Shown: positions 40,521 to 54,290 of the stretch, piece after piece
Layout of the letters: the number at the start of each line of letters is the position of its first letter
Position numbering within the stretch: position 1 is the first letter of the stretch
DNA from: Raillietiella orientalis
Lineage: Eukaryota
Direction of reading: 5' to 3'
Assembly: GCA_036172245.1 (NCBI GenBank)
Contig: JAYWIR010000013.1
Location: 62,001-126,000 of the forward strand
DNA length: 64,000 nt
Translations under genes and position numbers: made by a program
The notes under the pieces: generated by a model
Databases searched by the model: none
Told to the model about the DNA's origin: nothing
Seen by the model: only the letters and a program-made list of their open reading frames with translations

Positions 40521-41399
40521 AAGTCATACTGCAGCTTCAGTGGCCTTTGTCCCAGCCTGTGTCTTAAAGTCGCAGTCCAATCGGTAGCTCCTGGCTTCCC
40601 TGGTCATTAAAGGGGTCCTTGGCGGTGACGATGCCTCCAGGGGGGAGTGGGACTCCTCTTGCTCGCTGAGTCCTCGACCCAGAATCTGTCGCAGTCTTCG
40701 ATCAGATTGTGTACTCTTATGCAGGTTTCGATGCCTTCATCAGCGAGGACCCAGAGCATGGCGTCCAGGTCCGTCTTTTCGACCGGGTCGGATCCTTCGC
40801 TGTTGCTCGGGATTGCCACGCGAGCGCGTACGATGACTTGTTCACCTCCGACGCCTCCAGGGATCCTTTCGGAGTGCCGGGAACGTCCAGAACTCTCGTC
40901 ACCCGCACTGTTCGCATCCGATCACGGGCGGATGCAGTCTGACTTCTTCGTAGTCGCACCTGTGGAAGCGGACAGGCGGCCGTCTCGGAACGCGCTCCTG
41001 ACCGCATACTTCTATCGCGGGCCGACAAACACAGGCCATTAGACCGCAGCAGCGGCCTCTGGATTCGCAGATCGTTTGGCGTCAGGCTGGACGCCAGAGC
41101 CACCTACGATCCAAAAGGGAGGGCCGCCCTGGGACGGTGGCTCCCCTCATAAATCCGTGCCCACGTGCTACGGATTTTCAGGTCATGCAGTGCGTGATCG
41201 AAAGGGAGTAGGGTGAACACTACCGAGGACTTCCTTTTTCTTTCTTTGTCCTCCCTCCTTCCTCCTTCCTCCCACCGTTCCACTAGTCCGCATGTTCCCA
41301 TCTCCCGAAGTGGATTACACTTTCTGAGACTCTGGCCTTTCCTGCTTGCCAGCAAGCAAAAGTTCATCTGTTTGCTTCCCGCTGCAGTTGATCAGGGCA

Positions 41400-43320
41400 T
41401 CCTCCTAAGGCACGGTTATATCGGACTTTATTTCGGAGCCCATGGACCAGACGGCTGCTGATCGGGAGCAGCGTTTCCGTCCAGCAGCATCACCACCAGC
41501 TCCGGCATTGGACCCGCAGCGTTGTTGGGTGCAGGTTTCCCACGGCAATGGTGACAGCATCCACACACGCTGCACGGCGACCTTGCACTCGTGCGCGCTC
41601 AACGCGCGCGATTTTCCCTCCACCGTGTCGCATCTCCTTCCATCTCTTCCTTTCTTTTTCTCCTCCTCTCGGAGGCCACGCGTTGAGAGCGCTTCTTTGC
41701 CCGAGAGCGACGACTCTTGGCCTTGGACCCTCCGGCTCAAGAACGTCTGAGCGGCGGCCTCCCGACTTGCTCTTCTTCCACCCCCGCGGCAGAACTGCCG
41801 AGCATGTATGCGCGTGGCTCCTCGGAAACCCTCCGCAAGCTGCTCGTCCATCGGCAGGTGCGAGTTCGAGCTCTCTGCTCCTTCGAGGACAGCTGGCTGC
41901 ATCTCAGACACTCTGCAGTGAGGACCAACTTCCTTTCCAGCAACCTCGTCACAGAGCCGAAGAATCTTTCGCTTCACCATGAACCGCAGATGGTTGAAGT
42001 GCTGCCGGCCTACGAAGGATTCTTCCCCGTTCCCTGCTGCTGCCATGGGCGCCACCATGCGAAAGGCACGGTAGACGCGCACAGAGCCATTCAGTGGGTT
42101 GGACTTGCGCCGTAGCACTTAAACCTCAGCGTGGATCTTGAGAGCTTAGCTGGCCACGAGGTCAGTGACTCTACTGAGGTGGACCGCGAACGAGTGGTCT
42201 TCGAAGGGAGCGAGAAGCCTTCGTCCTTCAACGTGCTGAGTGAGCCATGAGCAAGTGTCACTCGAGAGCTGCGTCCCTGCACGCAAGCTCCTGGTCCTTT
42301 GCGTCGACGACCACACGGATGAGCTCTTGGACTTCAGCTCGCTCGAGAATCCCAAGGCAGCTCACCTTGTAGCAGAGTGCAGACTTATAGCCCCGGGATA
42401 CACGGCCCTGTGGCCGCAGGGATCCTTCACTGGGTACAGCTGAAGTCCCTCTATCGCCTCAAGGGGGTCGTTTTCTAGAAGCTCGTTCTTTTCATGCCTT
42501 CATCCATGCGAGAGAGAAGTTGTATCTGTAGCCATCTTCGGCTTGGGGGAGACGCACCACGCAGAATCCGCCACACGCAAGAAAGAAAGAACGCAATTGG
42601 CGATGCTTCGGGGCGATCCTGAGGCAGCACTTCGGCGTCTTCGACTCTTGGGGAGAATACCCGTCTCATCCCCTGCGCTTCGCATCCTTTCCTTTCTGGC
42701 TAGCGAGGAGGCTGAGATTCATCCGTTCCATTGGCAGCTCAAGAACGCAATCGTCTCTCAGAGTCCCTTCAAGAAAAATCCTCCCGCTGCGCCGACGCGT
42801 CGCGAAACGCTCGGCTTCTTTCTAGCACTCGAGACACGCCAGCATCCCTCTCTGAAAATCCCGGCCCACAGCATTGGGATGATATGATAAGGAAGCTGCT
42901 CACGTTGTGCAAAAAGTAAAGCTTTCGGGAAGACACGGCATCTGTCTCCGCTGCAGGAACTTGGCTTGTCGGCGACAGGCTTCTAAGGAAGGCAGGGAGT
43001 CCTAGTGACCGCGCGCCTCGCTTCACTTCCCACGCGATCCCGAGCACTGAGCAGAGGTTTTTTCTGCAGCCCTTATTGACTTCACAGCATCCTCTGAGGC
43101 TTCGTTAGAAGCGAAGCGCACGGATGGTGTGCAGCCGCTAAAGCCATTGGATCGACCACCACAAAGACATTCCAAGTGTCCGGAGAGCAGATCCAGCATC
43201 TCCTGCTGCTACAGTCGTATCTCGGTCGGAATGTAGAGTGCATCCAGTCTGTGATGCCAGGATGCCTCCTCGGTGCAGATAGTGGTGGTCGCACTCTCTT
43301 CACGGGCACACCCAACGTAG
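41400..43320 (-). mobile_element. Decayed L1/Tx1-like ORF2
   Basis: EN-like, GK.PG.D.LP-like, RQG-like and post-RT (GR..., P...GGG) remnants in collinear order; heavily mutated. Confidence 0.35.
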
Positions 43321-43879
43321 GGTTCTTTGGATGGGAGCAATTCCAACTGACCGCTCAGGGGAGTGCAAGAACCGCGAGATGGAGAAGCGGAGAGAGAGGG
43401 AAGCCACCCTAAACCCTGGGATCCTGAAGCTGATGAACCAAGCCCAGCCAGGGTGAAGCCGGAGGAAACCCTGGTGGAGGTCCGCGGAGGCAACCCCATC
43501 GTGCAAGTTGGTCGTAGGAGACTAAGGGGAGTAGGGGCAAACAAACAAATCTAACCACCAGTTCTCTGCTTTCCTCCAAGTATCCCTCGGACTGGCTGGC
43601 GATGATCGAAGAGGAAGGGAAGGGAGTCTCATCCGGTAAAGCAAATAGCTGGAATGGGTGAAAAGTCCGGCTTTCTCGAACGCTTAAGCTCGGGTCGTCG
43701 GAACCACGAACACCTAGTGGGTCCGTTTTGGTGAGCAGAACTAGTGCTGTCGAATGAACGGAATGTGTCCGATGCGATGTTCACGCAAAAAGTGTCGGTT
43801 GCTATGGACAGCAGGACGGTGGCCACGGAAGTTGTAATCCTCCAAGGTTCACCTGCTGGAGACACTGGCCCTGAGAATG

Positions 43880-44200
43880 GATGGCACTCGAGCGTCAGCC
43901 TGTATCAAAGATCAGGGACAGCGTTCCTACCTTCCGGCATTCCACCGCTGAAGGACAGCAGGTTGGTCAGGTTCCGGCGAGTCGAAGGGTCATGACGGTG
44001 CGCGCAGGAGGGTTCGATTTCGTGATCCGGAAGGCCATCAAGAAAACCGAAGATCTCCGAGGGAAAGCTGGAGGGAGCCACGAATGGTAGGATCTCACGA
44101 CATGCTGCTGTAAGGAAAAACCTGCTGAGAGCACAGGGTAAACCACCAGCTGAGATGAGGGGACTGGGATCACAGGATCGAGCGGGGGAGACTGGAGCCG
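43880..44200 (+). repeat. Dispersed repeat; diverged inverted copy at ~45500-45780
   Basis: gatttcgtgatccggaaggc..ccaag.aaaccgaagatc and gggactgggatcacagg.tcgag shared in reverse complement. Confidence 0.75.
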
Positions 44201-44454
44201 CCGTCGGCGCAGACCCTGATGGTCGAAGCAAACACTCCAGTGAGATCCTGGATGCGGGTTCAATGTGAACAGCCCCTGAGGGCGGTTAAGTAGATCCCAA
44301 GTCTCCGTAGAAATCAGGCGTATGCTCAGGCGCATGCAGAATTCCAGTGCACCCTTCAGCGTCGCACTCGAACCAGCAGGAGCGTGGGAGCGGTGAAGCG
44401 CTCGACTCCCCAAGACGGTCATACATATCCGTCATGAGGAACGCGGCCCGTCAG

Positions 44455-44740
44455 TGTGTCGTGATGGCCTGAGTTTGCGACCCCGTGGCTGCGGTCTCCG
44501 AGCTTGGCACCCAGAGTTGTGGGTTCGAATCCTCCCCCCCCTTTCTTAAAGGAACGATGCCAAGAAATGGGGTGCACCCAGCAGGGTGGCGCTGGTTGGA
44601 CTGTAGGTTTCGGATGCGCACTGGTGCAAGCCGGATGCCTCCGTTGGCTGGCCGGGAAGACTGATCTTTCGGTGTCCTTCCAATAATCAAGGAGACGGTT
44701 CCCTTCGGGGTTGTTCCCCTCTGGTTGTGGAATTGGAGCC
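44455..44740 (+). mobile_element. tRNA-derived SINE-like copy
   Basis: A-box-like tggcctgagt and canonical B-box ggttcgaatcc (~44522-44532); no complete cloverleaf. Confidence 0.65.
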
Positions 44741-44799
44741 ATCTTCCCCCCTGGGGGCCTTCCTTCATCATGTACCATAGTGCTAGCGGATCAATACCT

Positions 44800-45350
44800 C
44801 TCCAGAGTGTTAGAAGTGCCCTTCAGGAGAAATCGGAAATCGTCGCTTTGAGTTGTCCTCAGAGGAGGAGCAAACAGGGAACCTTTCACTTGCAGGATCC
44901 CTCCGCAGAAGGAATTCCAGGAGCGGATCCTTTTCGGATCCCCTTTGCAGAAGAAACGAGGGTTAGCTCCCTCCAGGGTCCCTCCAGAGGGCATGGAAAA
45001 GAGGATCTTCCCTTCGGAATTCCTTTCGGAGACAACCAGGGCGAGGGTTCCCTTCGGGGCTCCCCTAGCAAGCGCGGGAGGAACCGACTCCTTCCTCCGG
45101 GAGTCCTTCCTGGATTCATAGAGGGGATCTTCTAGGGTTTCCATATATAACTTGAGTCACACGCATCCTCAGGTGGCGTGGACAACGTTAAAAAGCTTCG
45201 CAAGCCCTCCGTGAGGTTGTCAGCGGTTCTTCAGCACTTTGCCGCCAACCCCCCCTTCCTTCCCCCCCAAAAAAAGTCGAGACAAAAAAAAAAAAGTCGA
45301 AACAAAAAAACAGCGAAATCGGAGAACTTCCAAAAATTTTCATCATCCTG
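44800..45350 (+). repeat. Diverged direct repeat of ~39950-40520
   Basis: Same block order as 39950-40520; includes tatataa at ~45144-45150. Confidence 0.6.
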
Positions 45351-45899
45351 GACCGATCGTTACGATGACCCCAGTGATTGCGCCAAGATTTGTCCGCGGA
45401 TGACGCTTCTTCCGACAGAAGATTCGTGTGCACTTGCGGTTTGCAGACTGTACGCCGGGGAACGCTGCCAGTGACCATGGAGTCATCCACATACGTCACT
45501 GCACGCCTGTCTCCTCCATTTCAGCCCCCACTCGAGCCTGTGATCCCAGTCCCTCACCTCGTCTTGTAGCACAACCTGTGCCCCTAGCAAGTTTTTTTCT
45601 GGTAGCAGCATGTCGTCGGAGCCAGCCACTCCTGAAATCCTCCGGCTACCGTCCCGGGATCTTCGGTTTCCTTGGTCGCCTTCCGGATCACGAAATCAGT
45701 GGGATCCCAAGACGATCACTCTGGCAGGTGCTGGAGTCGCCTTACCGGGGCGATGGAGTGCCTTCTCTGTCTGCACTGGCTCTCCTTTCGTGATCTCGCT
45801 CTCCTGGAGCGCCACACCAGGCCGTAGTCAGTGAACCTGTTCCGGGAACGAGTCGACTGTCTCCCGCTTCTTTCGCTCAGGCTTCCTTCACCCCTGCCA

Positions 45900-47800
45900 G
45901 CAGTTCGTCGGTCCTCTGAATGGCACGTTTCTCATGTCACGTGCTGTGCCTGAGGATGTTTGGCCACATTCTCAACCACTTCATCCAGGGAAAGAAAACA
46001 ACGGAAAAAGCGCGGCCGCAGGGCCGAAAGAGCTTCAGCTGCCCAAGCGAGCGTCCCCTACGAAGGAGCAGTGCTCAATAAGCGGGGGCTGACGACAGGG
46101 AAGCTGCAGAAAGCCCACACAGAAAGGCGCAGTAGCGGCGCGCGCAGCTCATCTCGAAAAACGAAACCCCATCTCGCGGAAGGAGCAGATACGGGCCAAC
46201 CGCCGAACTGCTGAGCTTCGGGGTGTGGCACGAAGATGGCGCTCGAGCTGTCGGGAACCGCCAGCAGCTCTCGAGAATCAGAAACGCCCGAGAAATCTGA
46301 GCATCCTCCGCTCCCAACGAAAAAGAGCTGGAGGCATCTGTGAGAGCAAGGGCCTCAAGAATCCGTTCTTCCAGAATATTCTTCTCGCCAGCTGCCCGGG
46401 ACCGCTTCCTGAGCCAAAAAAAGACCCATATTTTCCCTGCAGCAAAGGGATCCTCTGCTCGAGGATGGATGCGGCGGTTGCTTCCTCTCGACTCTCCGGA
46501 TCCCCCTTGGCCCCGTCGACGAAATGACTTCTGGCGAAGTCCTGCCACTTCCACTTCCTCTTTTCGTCCTGCTGCGTTGCCATTCCTGCTCCTGAATTCT
46601 CCCTCAGGATTCCCTCCCCCCTGTTCGCAACTCCATCAACACCAGTGCGGCTCGGTCTCGGAACCCAAGAGGTCAGTGTCCTGGAAACCGGAAGTGGACA
46701 TTTCAAGCGCTCAGCTCCATGCTTCCCGTCTGGATCCAAGAGATGTCGGCTCACCCCTCCGAGCTGGGGACTCCTGGGAGATGGGCGCCATAGTCACCGG
46801 ACGGGCAAGGGAAAGGACAAGTTCACCCGAGCTGCGCGAGGTGCAGGCTGGAGGGGCCGATGCCCCACGCCCTTCCGGAGTGAGGCACTGCTCTCTTGGG
46901 CTGGGAACGCGCGGCAAGAGTTGATCTCTCCCTCCCGGGAGGGGAAGGGGGAACACTGTGACTCTCGTAGGGTTTCCTTCTGCCGGAGGATGCAGTCGAG
47001 ATCCCAAGCTGCACTGAGTTAATGCAGCACGTTGGGGTAGAGCACCACCTTGGGGAAGCAAGTCCGTATATCTCCCTCCCTCCCAGTCGTCTCCGCGTTG
47101 CGAAGAGAGGCGGAATGGTCTCAGCTGAAGGGTGAAGCAGCCGGGAGGCATCGCCTTACCCAGTTAGGACAGGTAAGAGGACCAGAAAGATTCGGCGACC
47201 CCTCCCTGCCCCTCGCTTGCGATTTATTTTTAGGCTTTGTTCCGTACCTGCTCTCGACCCCTGTCCCTAGATCAGGTGCACGGCGAACGGTCCCCCCTGC
47301 TTCCTGCCTCCGACCACCATAAAACGTGTAACGTGAAAGAAACGCCCCCGCGTGACCCCATCACCCCTGGATGCCGGGCGATTGGTTCGAGGGGAATCGG
47401 CCAGGTTCGTGAGGCTGGAAACGGGCTGCCATGTACCAGCCCGAAGACCCACTACGGAGGGGTGGAGGGGGAGCAGGGAAGTCCAAAACGTAAACACGGA
47501 AATGATGAACGAGGTGGAGCCACCTCGCGGCGATAGAGCTCGAGAGCCCGCATCGGGCAGGGAACAGAGGGAGCCTTTCATCGGTTCTGGGCCAGTCCGC
47601 TCGCAATTGCCCAAAGGTTGCTTTGCTTCCTCCCCCTACGTCCCAGATTGGGAGACTTCGTTGCCCTTCGCAGGTGGATGTGGCGACCACCACGCCCTTT
47701 CTATCGGAGACCGCCAGCACGAGACAGAGCATCGTCTGCGAGGAGGCGAGCCTGGATGAGGTAAGCCTGGGGAGGTGAACATTCCCTGAAGTGGGTTCTG
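45900..47800 (-). mobile_element. Decayed L1/Tx1-like ORF2 (EN-RT remnants)
   Basis: IISVF/RVY EN-like and RRIHPRAEDPFAAGKI (I.P.Q.GF..GR.I-like) remnants; weak. Confidence 0.3.
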
Positions 47801-50800
47801 CAGGGCAGCACCAGCCGCCCTTCTTCCTCATCCTGGTTCTCCTTTCGGTGAGGTAGCATTAGCTCCTGCCTTTTCGGAACGATGCCGAAGCTACCCTGAG
47901 CGGCTCGAAGGAGTGTGTGAGCCTATTTCTGCAGTTCAGCGCCTTCCGGGAGCTCCTGCAGCGGGGTTCCCGTTGCTCCGCGGCGAATGCACTCCCTGGA
48001 GACGCTCTCCGCGAAGATGCGACGGCGTTTCCCCCAGCAAGATGGCGGTACGCTTGTGACGCGAAGAGAGGAAGGAGGCAACGCTCAGGAAGTCTGGGAT
48101 CTCGAAGTTTTCACGGGAACCCTCCCCTGCCTTCCTCACCAAGAATTCCATGCGCCTCCGCGGCTCTCGAGCCAGATACTTGAACGTGGCTTCCTCCGCC
48201 AGGCGAGACGCTTTCCATTGAACTGGTCGTCCTGACGACCCGGCAACCAAGCAGGATCCAGCCCTTTGTGTGGGGCTGATTAAGCGGGGCGCGCACGCGC
48301 GCTGATCACATTCGCGGGTTTGCAGGGTCGTCTTTCGTCTCAAGGCATGAAGACGAGGACCGCGTGCATCGTCCGCATATCCGGCCGCTCGTCTGCTCAT
48401 CCGGGAATGCGGGGTGCAAACCTTCCGAGAGCGGCCACGCTCGACTGCGAGCCACGTTCCATTTCGACATCGGGCTGATCTCTGCGAGCACCGGCGCCAG
48501 CCTGGTGCGCGGGGATCGGGAGCAGCGCTCGCCCTCACTGAAGAACTGCAGCTCCGGGAGACCTCCGGGAGGGGTTTCCAGGGGAATCCAAGACATGATG
48601 CCGGTCGCGTGGACTTTGGCATGAGGCGGCTGATGCTCCGGATAATCACGTGGCATTCCTGCTGACCAGCAGGAACATGAGTGTTCCTCTCTAGCTACCT
48701 CGTAGGTCCCCGTTGCCGAGCCCTCCATCCTTACCAGTCGGCGAGGCAGCGTCTCTAGCGGACGTTCCAGCCTGGCTGAGGAACTTTCCTCTTGCAGTGC
48801 TCACAAAATCGTTCACACCGCTATAAGTGACTCGAAGGTCCACACCTTCGTGGAAGGACTGCTTGATTTCGGACGCACCATCTCTTTTCGTGCCTCGCAG
48901 TGGCGGCATTCGTGGATCTTCCTTGGGTATTTCAGGGGCCAAGAGATTGACCAGTGATTTTCAAGGGCATGCAGCTAACGAAGTCAGCCTGTAGAAGCAC
49001 TGAGACCGCTCTAAACCTTCACTCAGGAAACCCAGCAGCCCGCCCACAAGCATGGTCCATGCGGAAGGGAGCTTGGAACCGCAGTGTCGGTCAGCTGCGA
49101 TCCCGCGGCGGAGCCATTCATCTGCTCTCGGCAGGCCCTCCCACGCTGCAGTTCGGAGGCCCACAGGGCCGGAAGTAGTTGAGCAATTAAGTGTCGTGTA
49201 GATCATCGATGAAGCAGGGCCGGCGAGCTGTGAAGACCGTCTGCCGAACCACTTCTACCCGTGCTGCCCCCGCGCGCCAAATTCCCGTGTGATGAGTCAG
49301 GTTGACGCTCTGCAGAGAGTGATCTTCGACCCCACAGCACCTGCGGCGTGCATTCTCACCCCTCCCTCCCAAGCAATAGCATCAGATCAGCCACAAGGTG
49401 GTCAGAAGGTGTCCAGGGGCGCACGTCGATCGCCTTAGGTGACCGGGTGACTCCGTAACGTTTCTTCACGTCACGGGAAAGGCAGCAGGTTAGGGAACGA
49501 CCCTGCCTCAAGATTCCGCCCACAGGAAAGGCGTGATGTCAGCTCCGCTGGGAGAGTGGGACTTCCGGAATGACTAGAAAGGCAGGGGGGAGGAATGGGA
49601 CGAGCGAAAGCAGACGAATCCGGAAATGGAAGGGAGGCACCTGCGGACCTTCCTGGAGACAGACTCGGCGAGATCCAGGCCGCCATCATCGCTCACTTGG
49701 GGGCGCAGGTGGAGCCGCCTCCACCTTGCTGTCGATGCTCCCCACCCTCGTGACTGCCCACTGTCAGCATAGTTCTTGTGGCTTGGGCCTAGTTGTCGAT
49801 GGTCAGCTGATTCTGACCCTCAGACGACGATCCCTGCATTTTTCCTGTTTGTCTTCGAGTCTCCACGGGTAGATCCGTCGTCCGGGCTCGTTTGCGTTCC
49901 ATTCCGGGGCTATTCGGTGGACCAGTGGTCAATACAGATATGCTACTTCACGACCTGGTAGTGCAGACCCCTGGGCGATGCGGCACGTCGCACCGTGGGG
50001 CTAGGCGCTGCACCTGCTGGGTTCTAGCCCCACAGTGCAATGGTGTTGGTCGTGCGTCACCTCCCCTTTGGATCCAGTCGCTGGTAGGGCCCTCCGGGCT
50101 TCTACGTAGGTTGTCCTTCGGTTCAGCTACGTGCTTGCAGCCGCCTCCCTTTAACGGGAGTCTCATGGGGCTCAAGAACCGTCTCTTTTATGCCCCACCC
50201 GACTCGGCTACCCATGGGGAGTAGTCTGACAACAGGCGTGCCAACCACTTCGCGATCGACCCTTGGGTCAACTCCCTTCCCCGCAATGAGTTGGTCAACA
50301 AACCAGAGAGGACGGGGACGACGCGAAGGCGAACGCATCCAACGAACCCACCCGGTAAGACGGATCCCCACGCCTCTGTCCTAACCTCGTGTGGCAACGT
50401 GGTCAACGGACGCATCCCACAGTTGAGATCAGCGCGAAGGCCCCAAGATGCACCGGGAAGAAGAAGGAATACCGGACTCCGGTGGAGGAATAGCTCCTGC
50501 GTTGGCGGATGCCAAAGTTGTAGGACTTCGTCGCACGCGATGGCAACGTCCTGCAGGACTCCTAAATCAAAAGGATAGAGATAGTGGTCGTTGAGAAGGA
50601 GTCGCGCGGGGTCTGCAAAACCATCCGGGACTGCCGACACCGCTGCAGTCGCGAGAAAAAGCGGATACTGAGACTGGCGTTTCACGATCGCTCCCCGGGA
50701 ATCTTCTACGACGCCAGTTGCTCTTGGCGCCATCAACAGCGCAGTGCATTCAGCAAGCATTCCTGCCGTGCTGGAGGCTCCAGCGCCCTCCTCGAGGAAC

Positions 50801-53705
50801 CCAACGGGAAGAACTCCCAGGTCTCCAGCCTCGCGACCTCGGCGATCCCGCGATCCCCCGAGGGGCGATGCCCTCGGCCGGGATCAATTCCAAGGCGTTC
50901 GCTCACCGCGCCCCATCCCACCGTCGGGAACGATGCTCCGAAGAGGTGCGTCTCCAAGTACCTTCTTCCAGACAGGCAAGTCGGGCGCAGCCTTCTGGTG
51001 AATCAGCGGCTGCGTGAGGATGCCCCCCTGCTGCCACTTCCAGGTCGCCGTCGCCGAGGGCGTTGCACCCCCACACATATCTCCGAGGCACTTCCGACGT
51101 TCCATCTGTCCCCGCTGCCGTTAGTGGAGCAGTTGCAGGGTCGCGTGCGTGGCCACCGCGCTGCCGCAAGTGGGCGAAGGGTGCACTTGCTCCGAAGAAC
51201 CGTGACGGCGCGCTTCCTTGGCTCCCCTTCACGCTCCTTCACTGCAGGCACCAGGCAGCGCCGGTCGTGCACACAGGGTGGGTCCAGGAACAGCATCCAT
51301 CCCGAGGCGGCCGCAAGACAAAACGGAAGATGTTGACGCGCCGCAACCGAAGGCGTAACCTTGGTCAGCGGACGGGAGCGCCCCGACAGCCGTGGCACCC
51401 ACCTAGGACGGAGCTCCCGGGCGCATCCACGAACTCCATCATCCGCGTTCTTGCGGGAGGGAATGGGAAATGCTCACGGCGGAAGACGCGTTGCCGAGGG
51501 GACCGCGCGAGAGTAGCGCAGGAGTACACCCTCCAATTGGCGGAGCCTCCCGCACTCCACTCGACAGAAGGCAACCAATGAGCATCCTCAGAACCCGCCC
51601 ACTTCCTGCAGCCAGTGCCGTCCGCCGTTCGCTACCGCCGGGAAGAGTCTTCCGGACGTGCGACCAGAAGGCGGGACTCAGGGCAAGGCGCGCCAGTTCC
51701 AGGTGCAGGGAACGATGACTCCTTTGCCAATCCGTTGCGCGCGCGGAGTCCCGTCCGCCCCTCGACGAGAGTCCGAGAACGCGCTCTGGGGAGGCCGCTC
51801 TGCAGACCCTCAGCGCAATTGAGCGGTTGTGCGAAAGCCAGCCAACCCAAGGCCTGCCGAGAGGATTTGGGGAGGGAGGGAACTGCGCTCCTTTACCTGC
51901 AGGCTAGAGTCTTTTGCCAATGCATTGATCCCAGAAGGATTGCAGAATACCGGGCCAAAGCGGAGCGCCAAACCTGGCAGTCGGGAATCACTATTCTGCT
52001 GAGCGGGAAAGGTGCTCACCTTTCCCGTTCAGCTTCACTTTCGGACCCGGCAGACATCACGCAGGAAGTAAGGCGGTTTTACACCTCGCTCTACTCCAGA
52101 CGTCCTCCGGACCAAGTGATCTCGCAACTACTCCTTCCCCAAGGAGAACCGATAATCAGGGAAGAGGAACGTGAACGAGCCATTTACTGGAGAAGAAGTT
52201 TGCAGCTCTCTCTTATCGTTAAAACCCGGAAAAGCGCCGGGAGAGGACGATCTTCTCGGAGAATTCTTCAAAAGCTTTCCGCACTCCCCTAGTGCTGAAA
52301 CTCGACTGGCCGATGCGGTACACGGGAGAGGTTGCAGGAAGCTTCCGCCCAGCGAAAATGAGACTACTCCCGAAAGGGGAGCATCTACGGTTACTGAATA
52401 GCTGGCGTCCTATCGCACTCGCGAATACGGACGTCAAACTATTCTCTAAACTGGGGACCGCCCGATCAGGGGCAGTAGCGGACCGACTGATCAGCCCGGA
52501 GCAAATCCTAAGCGGTGCCCGGGCGTTGCATGGAGTCCAACCCCCTTCTCGCGCAGTCCTGGTTCAGTCTGCAGCATCTGCTGCGGAAAAGGGACACCGC
52601 AACGGCGGAACGGATATCCCACGACGGAAGGCTGGAGGGAGGTCTGGAGATTGCGGTTGATATGCAGAAAGCGTTCGACAGTGTCGACCGGGACCTCCTC
52701 CTGCAGCTCATCGACGGACTTGGTATGCCTCCGGCCTTATTGCGACATCTACGCGCTAACTGACATCTTTTTCAGCGGCCGTCAGGTGCACGGCGTGCCT
52801 ATAAAAAGGGGGGTCAGACAAGGGGACAGCCCCAGTCCGCTGCTCTTTGCGGTATACTTTGAGCTGGTACTGAAGGCTTACAGGATTGCCCTTCTACAGC
52901 TTCCATCCCAAGGTGCTTGTGCATCCATCTACGCTGACGATCTGCTCGTCTTCATGCCTCAATCCACACCAACCGAGAGGATCGAAGTGTTTTTCGACCT
53001 CATTCAGGAAGGGCGGGCCTGAGAATCAACGAAGCAAAGTCGACGGTGGTTCCGTCAGACTCATCGTTGGTCGGGCGTTCAAACTGGGCTCGCCTAGGTA
53101 TCCCAGTACGGAAGCACCTAAGGTACGGGGGATTCCGCTGGGAGACTTTCCGGGTGAGAAGGCCTGGTCCGAACGCCTCGATTGTGTAGAAAAGGCGCTG
53201 GCACCGTTCAGAGGCGGCAGGTTCATGCTGCCAGAGCGGGCCTTCATCTATAGCGCATACGCCGTTCCCCTACTACGACCCCTCCTGTTCTCATGCCCCC
53301 CCACGGCGAAGGCTAAACGGAGGGAAGACCACATCATTCGGAAGTTGTTGTGGGGAGGAGGCCGGGCCAGGGTCAGGCTGAAAAGCATCTGTGCCCCAAA
53401 GAACAGGGCCGGTCTGGGCGTCAAATCGCTCAGAACCCTGCAGAATGAGATCCTCTTTCGGGCGTTCATGCACCACCATCGACGGTGGAACGAACATTGG
53501 TGTTGCCCGACAAAAGAACTCCTGAGGAGAACTACGTGCAGCCAAGGATTGGCTTCTTTGTGGTCCACTACGCGTACAAGAGCCCAATGCCGCAACGCCG
53601 ACCATCCCCTCGCACAGCTGCGTAGTCCAATCGGGAGATGCAGCTGGATCTCCTGCAGACCAAGGAACTTCCAGGCTTGGAAACTGGAATCCCTAGACAC
53701 ATGGA

Positions 53706-54290
53706 TGAGAATCCTCATTTATAGGTATCCTCCCAATAAAAATAATGAAAACTATAGTCATATTTATTATCTCGGAAATTTTTTCATTCGTTTCCTTCTT
53801 TTGATCGTTCTTCCGTTCTATACTAAGAGTCAATCCACAATTTAGATGTTCCTGACCTCCACCCAATCTTGCCCTACCCTACGCCATAGAAGTGCCTCTA
53901 TTTGACACCATTCTCCTGCGAAGATCAGATATCTCAGTAACATCAACACATCACTCTCTCTTCAAAAAAAATGATTCCTCCTCCTTTTTATCCCTACTTA
54001 ATACTATCACAATTGGATTAATATTTCTCACAACTCAAGCCATAGAATACTCCATACTTGAATCCTCTGTTACAGATGCAATTTTTGCTTCAACATTCTT
54101 CATCGCAACAGGATTCCACGGTTTACACGGATTTGCCGGACTTATCTGCCTTACTTCATCCATAACCCAAATATTTTTACACTCTCCATCACTCACCTTC
54201 ATCATCTATCATTCGAACTCCCCCTCTGGCATTGGCATTTCGTAGACATTGTATGATTGTTCCTATTTTTATTCATATACTTATGAACAT
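53706..54290 (+). pseudogene. cox3: Mitochondrial cytochrome c oxidase subunit III pseudogene (5'-truncated)
   Basis: ESSFMG..FIISEIFSFVSFFWSFF, WPP, VPLFDTILL, STFFIATGFHGLH, WHWHFVDIVWLFLF (TGA=Trp); frameshift before WHWHF; incomplete T stop abutting trnG. Confidence 0.95.

Noticed and set aside
44465..44540. Functional nuclear tRNA gene
   Set aside because: B-box present but no coherent cloverleaf; the downstream body is shared with other diverged copies, so SINE-like.
52886..53845. 319-aa ORF as a LINE-cox3 fusion protein
   Set aside because: The tail reads the cox3 sequence out of frame and the upstream RT is frameshifted; chance read-through.
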